Assembly: GCF_018350175.1 (NCBI RefSeq)
Contig: NC_058368.1
Coordinates: forward strand, 118,112,001 to 118,176,000
DNA length: 64,000 bases
From: Felis catus
Taxonomy: Eukaryota
Reading direction: 5' to 3'
The notes beneath the pieces are model-generated. The model did not search any database and had not been told where the DNA came from. It saw only the letters and a list, made by a program, of their open reading frames with translations. A program made the translations under genes and the position numbers. Each line of letters opens with the position of its first letter. The first letter of the stretch is position 1. Positions 36,290-49,630 of the stretch are shown piece after piece.

Positions 36290-37210
36290 TTCCCTGACCC
36301 ACATCGCCCTTCAGCCAGTGCCCTATTTGTTCCCATTCACAGCGTAGAATCTTGACAAACATTCCTCATAATCATCATTTTGCCTCCTCCTCTGCTTCAG
36401 TTTTCTTCTCATTTCCCTCTACACACTCTTCAGGCCTTGATTCATTGATGCCTCTCCACACTGCTAACTCTAAAAGATGTTCTCTGCCTTTAGTTTGTCA
36501 GATTCACAGCAGCATTCAACTCTTTATTCCTTCTTAAAGCACTTTTTTTTTCCCCACTAGGATTTTTCTCCTAGCTTACTGGATATCTTTTGGCTTTCTC
36601 TTTTACTGATCTCTTCTCTGCTCAACATCTAAGCTTTGGACAGTCCATGCGAGTTTTCCTGCAACCACATCTCTTTATCTTTACTTCCCTCAAGTGAACT
36701 TTTAAAATCTCCTTGTGTTACACATCCTATATAAACTGAAGACTACATATCTACACTGTTAACTCTAACCTCTGTTTTGAACTTCAGTCATCTATCTAGC
36801 CACCTCCTTGACATTTTTCCTTAGGTAACTAACAGACGCCTCATACCTGATATGTCTTAATATGCCCCACCCCTGACCTCCTTCTTTCTGAGTCTCCTTC
36901 ATTTCATTAAGAGACAACATTATTTATTCAACTTTCAGGCTACAAACCTAAGAGTCCTCCTTGCATTTTTTTCTTTATTTTACTCACCATATCTAATCCT
37001 TCACAAATCCTGTTCTGTCCATTTCTTATGCTCCCACTCTAGTACAAGCCACCCCAGTTCTTTCATGGACCATGAAAGTGCTCTCATACCTGGTTTCCTT
37101 GCTTCCACTATTGATTCTTGCTACAAATCATTCTGCTACATAGCAGCCAAAATTATCTCTTTAAAAAGTGAATAAGTTCTTGTTACGTCTCCATTAAAAA
37201 ATTTCCACTG
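36290..37210 (+). mobile_element. L2 fragment
   Basis: Pyrimidine-rich L2 body (..tctaactctaacctc..gacatttttccttagg..tacaaacctaagagtcctccttg..). Confidence 0.65.
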
Positions 37211-38009
37211 GACGACTTCTAGTAATATCTAACTCCTATCAGAATAAACCTCGTGTATTTAACAACTCTGAACTCTGGAAAAAGTGGACAGCTACCTGGA
37301 GGGACTGGCAAATAATCAAAAGCAGACACAATTGGGAAGGAGTCGATACTTGAAAAGTGGGGTAAAGCAAAGGGGGTTACCAGAGTTCTGGCTGATATCT
37401 AAATTGTGCGTGCATGGATTAGACTCCATGCAACCAGAATAAGGTTAACAGAACTCACCAGAGCTATCAGCTGCCATGCACTGCAGGGGAAACAGAACTT
37501 GGGGTTTCGGGTCATTTAGGCCAATTGGCCTGCCACAACTACATTAAGATAATAATAATAAACACTACTTAGAGAAGTATTATAGAGTCCAGAGAGAGGC
37601 TCTACAACATTTCATTCTCACTGTCTAGGACACAGTGCAAAATTAATTGACATATGAAGAGACTGAGTAGTGTTACTCATACCCAAGTAAAGGCAATCTT
37701 TGGATACCCATTACTAGATTATCATACGTTGAATTTAGGAGACAAGGATTTTAAAGCAAGTATTATAACTGTGTTCAAGTACATAAAGGAAAAGATTCTT
37801 ACGATCAGTGAACAAGTATAAATCTCAGCAGAGGAAGAGAAACTATAAAAAGAACCAAATGGACATTTGTGAACTGAAAAGTGCAGTATCTGGGGGAAAA
37901 AATCACTGGATAAGCTTAACAGAAGATAGGACATAACAAATTAGAGATTTTATATACTTGAAAATAGATCAGTAGATATCATCCAAGCTGAAGAGTAGAG
38001 AGGGAAAAT

Positions 38010-38236
38010 GTTTTTTTTTTTAATTTTTTTTTTTAACATTCATTTTTGAGACAGAGAGAGAGACAGAACATGAACGGGGGAGGAGCAGAGAGAGAGGGAG
38101 ACACAGAATGGGAAGCAGGCTCCAGGCTCTGAGCCATCAGCCCAGAGCCCGACGCGGGGCTCGAACTCACGGACCACGAGATTGTGACCTGAGCTGAAGT
38201 CGGATGCTTAACCGACTGAGCCACCCAGGCGCCCCG
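38010..38236 (-). mobile_element. Young SINEC_Fc-type SINE
   Basis: TSD gagagggaaaatgttttt; many CpGs retained. Confidence 0.95.
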
Positions 38237-39501
38237 AGAGGGAAAATGTTTTTATAAATGAACAGTGCCTTATGTTACTGTTAACCTAATATAACCTAAT
38301 ATATGTTTAGCTGGAGTCCCCGAAATAGAAAAGAGCCTGAACAGCAAAATATTTAAGGAAATAATGGCTGAGAATGTCCCATATTTAGTTAAAGCCATGC
38401 ATCTAATAATAATTTATGAAACCCCATGAACCCCAAGTGTAAAAATACAAGGACAGCTATACCCAGGCAAAGTATAATAAGCCTGCAGAAAACTAAAGAT
38501 GAAGAGTAAATCTTGAAAGCAACTGGAGAGAGGTACGATATGAATGACTGTGGACTTTGTTATCTCTAGAAGCTTGAAAACAGTGTAACAATACCTTTAA
38601 GTTCTAAAAGAAAACAAAATCAACCCAGAATCCTACATATATCAAAAATACCCTTTAGGATTGAAGAAGTTAGGGAGGGGACGTTTTCAGATAAGCAAAA
38701 GCTCCGAGGACTCATTGCCAGCTTTTTGCGCCACAAGAAATACTAGAGGAAGTTTTTCAGGCTGAAAGGAAATGATACCAGGGGGAAATCTAGATATTCA
38801 GGAAGGAATGAAGAGCACTGGATATAGTAAATGTATATTTATATAGGAAAGAGTTTTTTCTTGTAACTCTTTTAAAACATATATGACAGTTTAAAGGAAA
38901 AATTGTAACATTGTGTTCCAGAGTCTATTAATATCTAACATGTATAAAAACTTCAGTGCAAAAAATGGGAGTGGAGAAAATAGACTTGTTCTTTTGCAGT
39001 GTTGTGACATTTATGTGAAATAGTGTAATATTAACTCTAAGCAGACTGTGGAATGTTACCGGTGTATATTATAATCTCCAGAGCAACTAATGAAACTAAA
39101 CAAAACAAAAATGTGGAGGTCTACCTAAAAGCCTAATAGATAAGTTAAAATGGAGTTTAGGTTTGATTAAAACCTAAAAGAAGGCAGACAAAGAAGAACC
39201 AAAACAGAGAGAGCAGGCAGAAGACAACATGATAAAATGGTAGACCTAAATCCAATATCATGAAAAATCATAATAAATGCAAATAGAGAAAATGGGCTGA
39301 TTAGAAGTAGAGATTGACAAACTGGGTAAATGACAAAATCCAACTCTTTGCTGTCTGTAAGCAACCCATTTTAAATGTAAAGACACATAGATTAAAAGCG
39401 AACGGATAAATTCCCATATAAAATGCAAATAGTGAACATCAAATGGCTGGATTGGCTATATTGATAGTAGATAAAATAGACTTTAAGATAAAGAGGTCAA
39501 C

Positions 39502-39715
39502 GGGGCGCCTGGGTGGCTCAGTCGGTTGAGCGTCCGACTTCGGCTCAGGTCACGATCTCGTGGTCCGTGAGTTCGAGCCCCGTGTGGGGCTCTGGGCTGA
39601 TGGCTCAGAGCTTGGAGCCTGCTTCCGATTCTGTGTCTCCATCTCTCTCTGCCCCTCCCCCGTTCATGCTCTGTCTCTCTCTGTCTCAAAAATAAATAAA
39701 ATGTTAAAAAAAAAA
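39502..39715 (+). mobile_element. Young SINEC_Fc-type SINE
   Basis: TSD aagataaagaggtcaa. Confidence 0.95.
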
Positions 39716-40135
39716 AGATAAAGAGGTCAAGAGAAACATTATAGTGCTAAAATGGTTCATAACTGAGCATTCGTAAGGATGCATGCTTGTAATAATGGAA
39801 CTTCAAAATACACAAAGCAAAAATTGACAGATTTAAAGGGAGAGATAGACATATCTGTAACCATTAGAAAAGTAACACTGTCAGCAGTGAATAGAACACC
39901 TAGACAAGAATACAGGTAAAAAGAGCAGCCGTGAATAACACTATCAACCATTTTGATCCAGTATTTTTACAACAGTGTGCAACATCTACAGAATATACAC
40001 TCTTTCGAAGTGCATATAATACATTCATCCAGACAGACTGTATCTTGGGTCAAAAAACAAGTCTCAGGAAATTTATAAGGAATGAAATTATATGGAGTAT
40101 ATTTTCTGCCTTATCATCGAACTGAATTTTAAAAA

Positions 40136-40645
40136 CAGTAGGCCAAATTATGCAAACAGTCCAAGTGTCTATCGACTGATGAATGGATAAAGAAATGTAG
40201 TGCATGCAAACAAGTGCGCACGTGCTCACACACAATGGAATATTGCTCAGCCATAAAAAAGAATGAAATCTTGCCATTGACCACAACATGGATGGAGCTA
40301 GAGAGTATTATGCTAACTGAAATAAGTCAGAAAAAGACAAATAGCATATGATTTCATTCATGTGAAATTTGAAAAACAAAACAAATGAGCAAAGAGAAAA
40401 GAAAAAGAGAGAGAGAGGCAAACCAAGAAATAGACTCTTCATGATAGAGAACCAACTGTTGGTTGCCACAGGAGATGGGTGGGGGATGGGTTGAAATAGG
40501 TGATGAGGGATTAAGGAGGCCATTTGTCATGATGAGCACTGGGTGATGTATGGACGTGTTGAATCACTATATTGTACATCTAAAACTAATATAACAATGT
40601 ATGTTAACTAACTAGAATTTAAATAAAAACTTGAAAAAAAGAAAC
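40136..40645 (+). mobile_element. 5'-truncated carnivore L1 (L1_Carn-type) 3' end, inserted into the older L1
   Basis: gatgaatggataaagaa..aacatggatggagctagagagtattatgc..gatgagcactgggtgatgtatgg..aaataaaaacttgaaaaaaa; short TSD taaaaaca. Confidence 0.88.
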
Positions 40646-40664
40646 TAAAAACATAAGATATCTA

Positions 40665-40712
40665 GGGACACCTGTGCGACTCAGTCGGTTGAGCATCTGA
40701 CTCTTGATTTCT
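40665..40712 (+). mobile_element. CanSINE head only (3'-truncated)
   Basis: gggacacctgtgcgactcagtcggttgagcatctgactcttgatttc followed by unrelated sequence. Confidence 0.8.
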
Positions 40713-40984
40713 TTCACAGTTACACTTCTGCAAATGTCTTACATACTCTTTCAAGCCTTTGTGCATATCTGTTCACCTGCTTCTGTCCCTAATTGGTTTG
40801 TAAAGCATCCCCCCAAAAGACTATTACCATGCAAAATCACTCTAAACAGCCCATATTGTTTGTCTCTCTAGCCAAGTCCAGCTTAACATTTCATCCTCTC
40901 CAAACATAAAAGATGGGGAAAAGAAGTCTTCTGTAGCTGTTACTCTTGTTTTATTCCCTCATTCCCCAGCTTTTCTGAATGATT

Positions 40985-41669
40985 TCTTTTATTGTATATT
41001 TTTACTCTAAACAGCGAACCAGAAACAGAAGATGTCACAAAACCACTGTATAGTTTGATGAACTTATTCTAAGACAAATACCACCCAGGTCAACAAATAT
41101 AACTGCTCCTCAGTCCAGAACCTCCCCTGCTTCTCCATCCTGATCATATATCCTCTGTCCCCTCAATAGTGCCGGTTATCCTGACTTTATAGTATTCACT
41201 TTTATTTTTTATAGTTTTATCACCCTACTTACTGTGTGTACTTAGACACTACAGCTTAGTACTTCCAACTTTTATTATATATCTATATATAATATATATT
41301 ATATATAAATGTATGTATAACATAAACATACACAATTTAAAAATATGTATATGAATAGATATAATATGTATTTACATATATATTTCTTCTAAGACTTAAG
41401 TATATATATGTATATATGTATGTATTTCTTTTAAGTCTCCTAATCTACACATTTCCTGCCATTCAAGGTACTTGACCTGTAGAATTTCCTACAGTCTGTC
41501 TGGATTTGGTTGATTGCAATTCCATGATCTGTTTCTTCAGCATGTTCCTTTGTCCTCTGTGATTCTTGCAAATTGCCAGCTGGTTCAGAGGCTCGGTGAA
41601 ACTAATGTTCAATCACTTTGGCAAGACTGTAACTACTATTGTTCTTTCATCAGGAGACACATAATGCCT

Positions 41670-41718
<49 letters not shown>

Positions 41719-41800
41719 AGCAGCCATTGATGATCATTGCCTAGATCTTAATTCATTGGGGTTATCGATTGGTGATATATTCTACTTTTTAAATTTATTT
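40985..41800 (-). mobile_element. Old L1 (L1MC/ME-like) 3' fragment with AT-rich and (CT)n expansions
   Basis: tatagtttgatgaact..ccacccaggtcaacaaatataac..agcagccattgatgatcattgcctagatc. Confidence 0.6.
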
Positions 41801-41809
41801 GTTAAAATA

Positions 41810-41856
41810 CATTTTTATTTTTAAACATTTTTTTCTTTTTTTTTAAGTTTATTTAT

Positions 41857-41899
<43 letters not shown>

Positions 41900-42065
41900 G
41901 AGTGAGTGTGAGGAGGGGAGGGGCAGAGAGAGAGAGGATCCCAAGCAGGCTCCATGCTGTCAGTGCAGAGCCCAACATGGGGCTTGATCTTGCAAACCTT
42001 GAGATCACAACCTGAGCCAAAATCACTGGCTGGCCGCTTAACCAACTGAGCCACCCAGGCGCCCC
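41810..42065 (-). mobile_element. CanSINE with long (AG)n
   Basis: Full element. Confidence 0.92.
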
Positions 42066-43299
42066 TACATTTGATTGTTGAAAGCAAGTCACAAGGCCTG
42101 CTCAGATCCACAGGGTGGAAGGAAAAATTCCAGCTCTCCATGGGAAGACCTGGGAAGGGTTGGTCACCATATTTAATCTGTCCCACTTATTTTGTAAATA
42201 TCTTCCACACTTTTTTGGTTTTGCTGGTCTAGTGCCTCTGTTTTTACGTGGTAATTCAGAGAGATTCAAAGATGATGTCACCATCCCTATCTTGTTGGAA
42301 TCCTCCTTCTGAATCATTTCTTAATCAACTTACTCTGTGTAACAAGCCTCATGCAAACAAGGAAGTGTCTAGCAGGGGGGTGGCCAGGAGTTTTACTGCT
42401 GCATGTTCTGTACTTGACTTGTTAAGAGTTGCAGGCTTTGACACCTCATTACTGGCCTTTTCTTCAAGGTTTCCACAGAAGCATGACTCCTTGCGCTCTC
42501 AGATCCAGAAGGCCTTCTGGGTGCCCAGATGGTTCCTCCAGGGCTCATTGTGCTGGGGCCATCCTGTGTTCCTGACAGAACTGTCCCTCCTTTCATGGGG
42601 CCTCAGATCTGGTCCATGAAACCAGGCCTGGAATCTCTTGCCATAGCGCCCTGTCCGTTTCAGTCAATATATGTCTACCGACTCCTTCCTGCTGCCTCAC
42701 CACCCCGCTACGTGATAGGTATGCAGCTCCTCCCTGAAGGCCCTTTGACCTCCAAGTGAATCAAGTCACCAAAGACACACTTGCTTCCCAACCCATGCAG
42801 CTGCACTAGCCCACCCATTTACTAAATAGAGCCAAACTGAATCTCACTGGAGGCTCAACAGGGACATACTCATTCATACATTTAGAAAGACCACCCCATC
42901 CAAGATTTTATTACTATTTATCTATATATTTTTCAGATGACTTCAAGTATGGCTTTATGTCATAGATTTAAACATTTAATTCAGCTGGAATATGTTTTGG
43001 TATATTAGAAGTCAGACTCTAACTTTCCTACCAAATACTTAAGCACATGTAGTTAAACTATCTTGAGTAAACTCTTTCCCCCACTCATTTGAAATAGCAT
43101 CACTTTTTCCTTTTCCAAATTCTCAGATACACACACCCCATCCTCGGATCTCTCCCTGGGCTCTCGTCTCTCTTTTCTTACTCTGACTCCTGACAGTTCC
43201 TGTGTGGCACTTCATTAGAACATCCTAGTGCCTTGATTAATTATACTTTTACAATACATTTTCATGTCTTATTTTAGTGCTCTCTATTCTTTTCCTCCC

Positions 43300-45050
43300 A
43301 CCCCTCTGCAGGTAACTCTGTCTCTCGTATTGATTTGGGTCATCCCTCTCTCTGGGCTTCTTGCCTGCCCACCTATAAACATGTTCTTGTCTCACATGTT
43401 AAAACAAGGCAGCAGCATACCCTTGAATCCTTGTGTTTCCTTGCTACCTCCGTGCTTTCCATAGGCGGGTTCTGCTGAGGAGTTGTGTTCCCTCTGTCTC
43501 CACCACCTCCACTGTGCTGACTTCAACAAGACTGAGTTCTCCCTGTGTTCACTAGTGATATTTTAATTGCTGACTTCAGGAAATACTTTATTCCTTTTCT
43601 TACTTGGTTTTTGGCTTTTTGGTTTTTGTTTTGCTGGAGAAGGAAGACTGTGTTGACCACTTTTGTCTTCTCAAAACTCTTTCCTCTCCATTCTCCTGCC
43701 TCAGCCTGCTTAGAGTCTCCTCTCTCTTAGAGACAGTTCCTTCTCAGGCTCCTTATCTGTCTTCTATTCCGTTGTTAGCCCAGTCAAAGTTCGTGTTCCA
43801 TGGAGTTCCATGCTTGACTTTCTTTACGCTCATTCTCTCTGATTTCATCTCTGTCTATGGCTTCAATCTGAAGGTTGATTCTAGATTCCCAATCCAGTGC
43901 CTTTCATATTTCTGATTATCTACTGAATGGCACCAGCAGGATATCCCATCAAGTGCATCAAGGGAAGAGTCTCTTATCCTTCCATCCTTCCCTACACATC
44001 TGCTCAGGTTTATCTCGGATGATGACCTTACTATTCATCTGATCTCCGGAGCAGGAAACCTGAGCCTCCTGTGCAGCTCCTTCCCTCTTCGGTTCCTCCC
44101 ACATCTGGAAGAGAAGGAAACCTGCTTTGCCTTGAAACAAGCTTAGATTCCAATCTTGACTCTGCTTCCCTGTCGTCACATGCCTTGAGTGAGCTCCTTA
44201 GCCTTTCAGAGCCTCTGTCTCCATTTCATGAAAGTGGAATGATGATGGTACCTACCTTGAAGGGCTGTTCAGAGGGTTAAATGAGATGGTGTGTGTGTAA
44301 CTCAGCCCTCACTCAGCACCCAGGCTCTACAAAGGCTGGTTTCCTTCCTAATCATTGCTGCTTAAATGTTGTCCAGATCAGTTTCATTCTCTCTGTTTTT
44401 GTTTTTGTTTGTTTGTTTTTTCCTGCTGATCTTTCCATTCTGGCCACGTCCTCTCTTGTCTGGACTTTTCCAGCAGCCGCCCCATTGTCCCCCTTCCTTA
44501 AGTCTTATCCCCTCTCCCATCTGTACACCACACATGGGTTAGTTCTTTCTGTCTCTTCACTCTCTCTTCCCCACATCTGGGCCTGCTTCAGAACCTTACT
44601 GGATAAAATGCATCTCCCTCAGCACGGCTTTCAGTCCTCTTGAACAGCCAGCCCTGGCCAACTTTCCCATCTTCCCCTTTGCCTGTGTCCATGCTCCATG
44701 CTACACTCTGCCCGTAGAGCTTGCTGCACCTTTAACATGCCATGGTATTTCTCTTGCGTGCTTTTTCGTGCTCTGGACTTTTTGTCTACCTTGGAATTCT
44801 CCTCCCTTTCCCGTTGCTCCTATCCCAGCCCCTGACTCTGAATGGCTGGCAACCTCCTTCTTTTTATTCAAAGCCTAGCTCAGTCCCACCTCCTGAAACT
44901 CCGAACCAACTTAAGTGATGGTTGGTCCTTCCAAGTCCCTTTGCATTGTCCTCCTTCGTGTATTCTTGTAGGGAACTCTGTAGTCACAGTGTGTTCAACT
45001 ATTTGTTGCATGCCATTCCCTGCCCTCACTCTCAAATGACTGGAAGCCTC
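43300..45050 (+). mobile_element. Degenerate L2 fragments with an embedded MIR (about 44130-44350)
   Basis: L2-like pyrimidine-rich body; MIR core cctctgtctccatttcatgaaagtggaatgatgatggtacctacc. Confidence 0.55.
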
Positions 45051-45174
45051 CTTAGAGAACCTGAAGAGCTTAGGCTGTGAAGGCAGACTGGACAGATTCA
45101 AAATCTTGCTTGCTTACTACTTACTTGCTTATTTGGTGACATTGGACAAGTTACTTAATCTATTTGAGCCTCAA

Positions 45175-45248
45175 TTTTTTCTTTTCTTTTCTTTTTTAAT
45201 GTTCATATATTTAATTTGACAGAGAGAGAACTCAAAGAGTAGGGAAGT

Positions 45249-45291
<43 letters not shown>

Positions 45292-45436
45292 AGAGAGAGA
45301 GAGAGAGAGAGAGATACCTAAGCAGGCTCTGCACTGTCAGCACAGAGCCCCATGGTGGGCTCGGATTCCACAGTGAGACCATGACCTGAGAAATCAAGAG
45401 TCAGACCCTTAACCGACTAAGCCATCTAGGGGCCCC
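45175..45436 (-). mobile_element. CanSINE inserted in a MIR
   Basis: Full element; MIR halves on both sides. Confidence 0.9.
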
Positions 45437-45506
45437 TCAGTTTTGTCACTTATGAAACAGTAATAGTACCGCAATGCTTGCCTCACATTAAATGCTCAAT
45501 AAATAG

Positions 45507-45706
45507 GAACACCTGAGTGGCTTAGTCAGTTATGCGACAGACTCTTGATTTCAGTTCAGGTCATGATCTCATGGTTCATGAGATGGGAGCCCCGTTTTGG
45601 GCTCTGTGCTGAGAGTGGAGCCTGCTTGGGATTCTCTCTCTCCCCCTCTCTCTCTGCCCCCTCCCTACTCTCTCTCTTTCAAAATGAATAAATAAACTTT
45701 AAAAAA
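45507..45706 (+). mobile_element. CanSINE
   Basis: TSD aaatgctcaataaata. Confidence 0.92.
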
Positions 45707-45849
45707 TGCTCAATAAATATTGCTTGTTGCTACTACCATTGTTATTTTTTGTTACTATCATTTCTTATTATATTATTTTTATTACTAACATTATTATTAG
45801 AAATGAGAATGTCTTTTTTTATGCATGACTTTTACTTAAAAATCTTTCA

Positions 45850-45929
45850 ATTAAAAAAATTGAGGTATAATTGACTCATTATATTAGTTTTGTGTATATA
45901 GTGTAATTTGGTATTTGTATATATTGCAA

Positions 45930-45976
<47 letters not shown>

Positions 45977-47513
45977 GTATTACAGCATAAGAAGTCTAAT
46001 TAACCTCCGTGACCATATGTAGTTACAAATTTGTGTGTGTGATAAGAACTTTTAAGATCCATTCTCTAAGCAACTTTAAAGTATGTATTATTAACTGTAG
46101 GCATCATGCTGTATATTTTATCCCCATGACTTATATGTTTTATATCTGGAAGTGTATACATTTTGACCTCACTCACCCATCACCCATACTCTACCTCCTG
46201 CCTTTGGCAACTACTAATCTATTCTCTGTATCTATGAGCTTGGTTTGTTTTCTTTTTTTCTGGTTCTACACATAAGTGAGATCATATGATATTTATTTGT
46301 CTTTCTCTGTCTGACTTACTTCAATTAATTTAATGCCCTGAAGTTTCACTGATGTTGTTGCAAGTGGCAATATTTCCTTTTTTTTTTTTTTTTTTTACAA
46401 ATGAATAATATTCTATTGTGTGTATGTGTAACACATTTTTTAATGCATTTATCTATTGGTGGATACTTATGTTGTTTGCATGTCTTGGCTATTGTAAGTA
46501 ATACTACAAAGAACATGGGGGTGCATATATATTTTTGAGTTAATGTTTGCATTTTCTTCAGATAAGTACCCAGAAGTCAAATTGCTGGATCATATGGCAA
46601 TTCTGTTTTTAATGTTTTGAGGAACCTCCATAGTGTTTTCCACAGTGGCTATACCAATTTGCATTTCCACCAACAGTGCAGAAGGGTTCCTCCCTTTTCT
46701 CTACATCCTCACCAACAGTTTTTTGGTGGAGTCTTTAAAGTTTTCTGTATATAGTATCATGTCATCTGCAAATAGTGACAGTTATACTTCCTATTTTCTA
46801 ATTTGAATACCTTTTATTTCTTTTTCTTGCCTAATTGCTCTTGCTAGGACTTCTGAGACTGTTGAATGAAGTGATGAGTGTGACCATCCTTCTCCACTTC
46901 CTGATCTTAGAGGGAACACTTTCAGCTTCTCACCACTGAGTATGATGTTAGTTTTTATCTATATATAATCTTTGATTTGCCATATATAATTTTTATTATG
47001 TTAAGGTGTGTTCCTTCTATAATCATTTTGTTGAGAGGTGTTTTTTAATCATAAATAGATGCTGATGTTTGTCAGATGGTTTTTTTTTTTGCATCTTTTG
47101 AGTTTATAATGTGTTTTTTGAGATGATCATATTTTTATCCTTCATTTTGTTAATGTAGTGTAGCACATTGGTTTGCAAATGTTGAACTGTCCTTGCATCC
47201 CACTTGATCATGGTGTATGATCCTTTTAATGCATGAATTAATAAATTTGGTTTGCTAATATTTTGTTGAGGATTTTTGCATCTGTATTCATTAGTTATTG
47301 GCCTATGGTTTTGTGTTCTCGTGAATTTTCTTTTCTTTGTTATTATCTGGTTTTGCTTTTAGGGTAATGTTAGCACTGTAAGAAAAGTTTGGAAGTGTTC
47401 CCTACGCTTCTGTTTTTTAGAAGAGTTTGAGAAGGATTGGTATTAATTCTTTAAGTGTTTGGTAGAATTCACCAGCAAAGCCATCTGGTCCTGGACTTTT
47501 ATTTGCTGGGAGG
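45850..47513 (-). mobile_element. L1 (L1MA9/L1_Carn7-like): 3'UTR, ORF2 end and RT region, with a large internal deletion
   Basis: The minus strand encodes the RT motif FADDMIL (46752-46772); 3'UTR motifs at 45850-46330; (TA)n at 45939-45973. Confidence 0.9.
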
Positions 47514-47973
47514 TGAGAATATCTTACTCATCTTTATATTGCCAACCTCTGGGACAATGCCTGGCTCATAGTGGATCATGGTAAATATTTGTTTAAGGGT
47601 GAGTTAATAATATTAGTTAATGTTTATTGAGTATTTACTCTTTTCTGAGTACATGCAGAACACTTTGGATGCATTATCTCATTAGTCTTCATAATTCTGT
47701 AAGATATCAACTGTAACTTTGTTCATTTAGCAAACAAGGAGACCAAGAAAACTGGTTCAGAGACTACATGACTAGATTAAAATCACACAATAAATAAGTA
47801 GCAGAGCCAATATCTGACTTCTGAGCTAGGCTGCGGTTGCTGTGTAATCATGGACAAGTCACTTTTCCTCTCTGGTACTTCTCTTCCTCATCTGAGACTG
47901 ATGGGGCAAACTGGACCATCTCTAAAGACCCTTCCACCTCTCCTACTCTTTTATTCCATGAAAAGTAGAAGAT

Positions 47974-48088
47974 AGGGGTGCCTGGCTGGCTCAGTTGGTA
48001 GAGCATGTGACTGACTCCTGACATCAAGGTTTTGAGTTCAAGCCCCACATTGGGCATAGAGCTTACTTTTAAAAAAGAACATAAAAAA
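47974..48088 (+). mobile_element. Short old tRNA-like carnivore SINE
   Basis: ggggtgcctggctggctcagttggtagagcatgtgac..gagttcaagccccacattggg..agagcttac followed by an A tail. Confidence 0.85.
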
Positions 48089-48104
48089 GGTGTGTGTGTT
48101 GGGG

Positions 48105-48270
48105 GGTGGTGCCTGGGTGGCCCAGTCAGTTAAGTGTCTGACTTGGAACCAGGTCATGATTTCACCATTCACGAGTTCGAGTCCCACTTTGGGCTCTGTG
48201 CTGACAGCTCAGAGCCTGGAGCCTGCTTCAGATTCTGTGTCTCCTTCTCTCTCTGCTCCTCCCCTGCTTG

Positions 48271-48302
<32 letters not shown>

Positions 48303-48350
48303 AAAATAAATTAAGACATTAAAAAATAAAACAAAATGAAATAAAATAAA
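48105..48350 (+). mobile_element. CanSINE inserted in the tail of the short SINE
   Basis: Outer TSD aagtagaaga brackets both elements. Confidence 0.92.
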
Positions 48351-49630
48351 GAAGAAGTAGAAGACAAAGTTGTAGCAAATGCCATGTAATGAAAATCTCC
48401 TTAATAAAAAGACTTTCTACTTCCAGTTAGTGTACCATTTCTCTCCAAATACGAATTATTACATTGAATGTTTTGTTGAATCAAAGAGCTTTGATGGTTT
48501 CTTGGAGTTCATTGTCTTGGTATTCGGCTAACCCAGTAGACAGGGACCTTGAGCACATTTTTAATTGCCAGCCTTACTTGGAACCCACTCTGGCCAGCTG
48601 AGGCAGAAATGGAAATTTATTAAAGAATATTAGGCGGTTCACAGTTTCTCTAGAGGCTGAGGAATATCAGACTGAGACTAGGGACAAGGCCTAAGCCATG
48701 CTGATGAACTGCAGGAGCTTCTGGGTTGCCATGGCCAGACAGGCGGTAACCCACATCATGGTACTGACTCCTGGAGGCCCGAGCCTCCCCTGTGGCTGCC
48801 CCCATGAACCACACGGTCAGGCCGCTATCTTCGCGTCACAATGGATTCTGTGTGTTACTCTTGTGAATAGAAGGCTCTCTGGCTCCTGTCTGATTAGGGG
48901 AGACTGGTCACACATCTGCACTCTATCTTCAAGTGAAGGCAGGATATGGGCATTTTCTTCTACCTCTGCGAAGCAGGACTTATGATGTGGACAACTTCCT
49001 AAACTGGAAAGCATCCAGAAGGTACAGGATGAACACACCCACTGGGATAATTGGCCACTACATAGGTTTATTATACTGGCTTGAGGAAATCAGCTGGACC
49101 TTATCATGTAGGTGTGTGTCTTAAAGCTCAGAGTCTCTTTGAATCCAGACATTGAAATACTAGCTGCTAACATTCACTTTCTGCCAGGCCTTATGCTAAG
49201 CTATGTGCACACGTTTTCCATTTAGGCCTCACAACAATCTTGAGAAGTTTCTGTTATTATCCCCGGTGTGCATCATTAATGTCATCTCACAGTTGAGGAA
49301 ACTGAGGCACACAGAGGAAGTACTGTGTCTTTTACCACTCAGCTAATAGGTTTTAGAACATGGAATTGAGCCCGGTGAGCGCCTGCACCATTCTGCCTCC
49401 AGGAAAGAGGTTTACGGGGTTGAAGATCAAACCCTGGTACCGGGTCACCACTGGCAGTGGCCATCCTGAGGTCTAAATTTAGAATGTGCCACAACCAAAC
49501 AGAATTTCCCAGGGAACTAACAATGACCAGATTTGTAAGAATAATTATGCGTATTTCTCCTAATATTTTTGATGTCAGTAGGTTTCAGAAACTGGGATGC
49601 CCTTTCATCTAGTTAAAATTGAAGGCTTGC

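Larger units (their letters stand above)
37215..40135 (+). mobile_element. Old L1 (L1M) 5' region: ORF1 and ORF2 endonuclease remnants, interrupted by two SINEs
   Basis: ORF1-like motifs at 37730-38820; 39330-39480 reads QNPTLCCL*ATHFKCKDTHRLKANG (compare QDPTICCLQETH), followed by ggattggctatattgata and further EN motifs. Confidence 0.85.

Noticed and set aside
42230..42860. Possible old LTR/ERV fragment
   Set aside because: I could not assign a family or boundaries from the sequence alone.
47974..48060. Possible tRNA-Lys gene
   Set aside because: It has A/B boxes, but the anticodon arm and acceptor stem are disrupted, and it has a SINE-type 3' extension, A tail and TSD.
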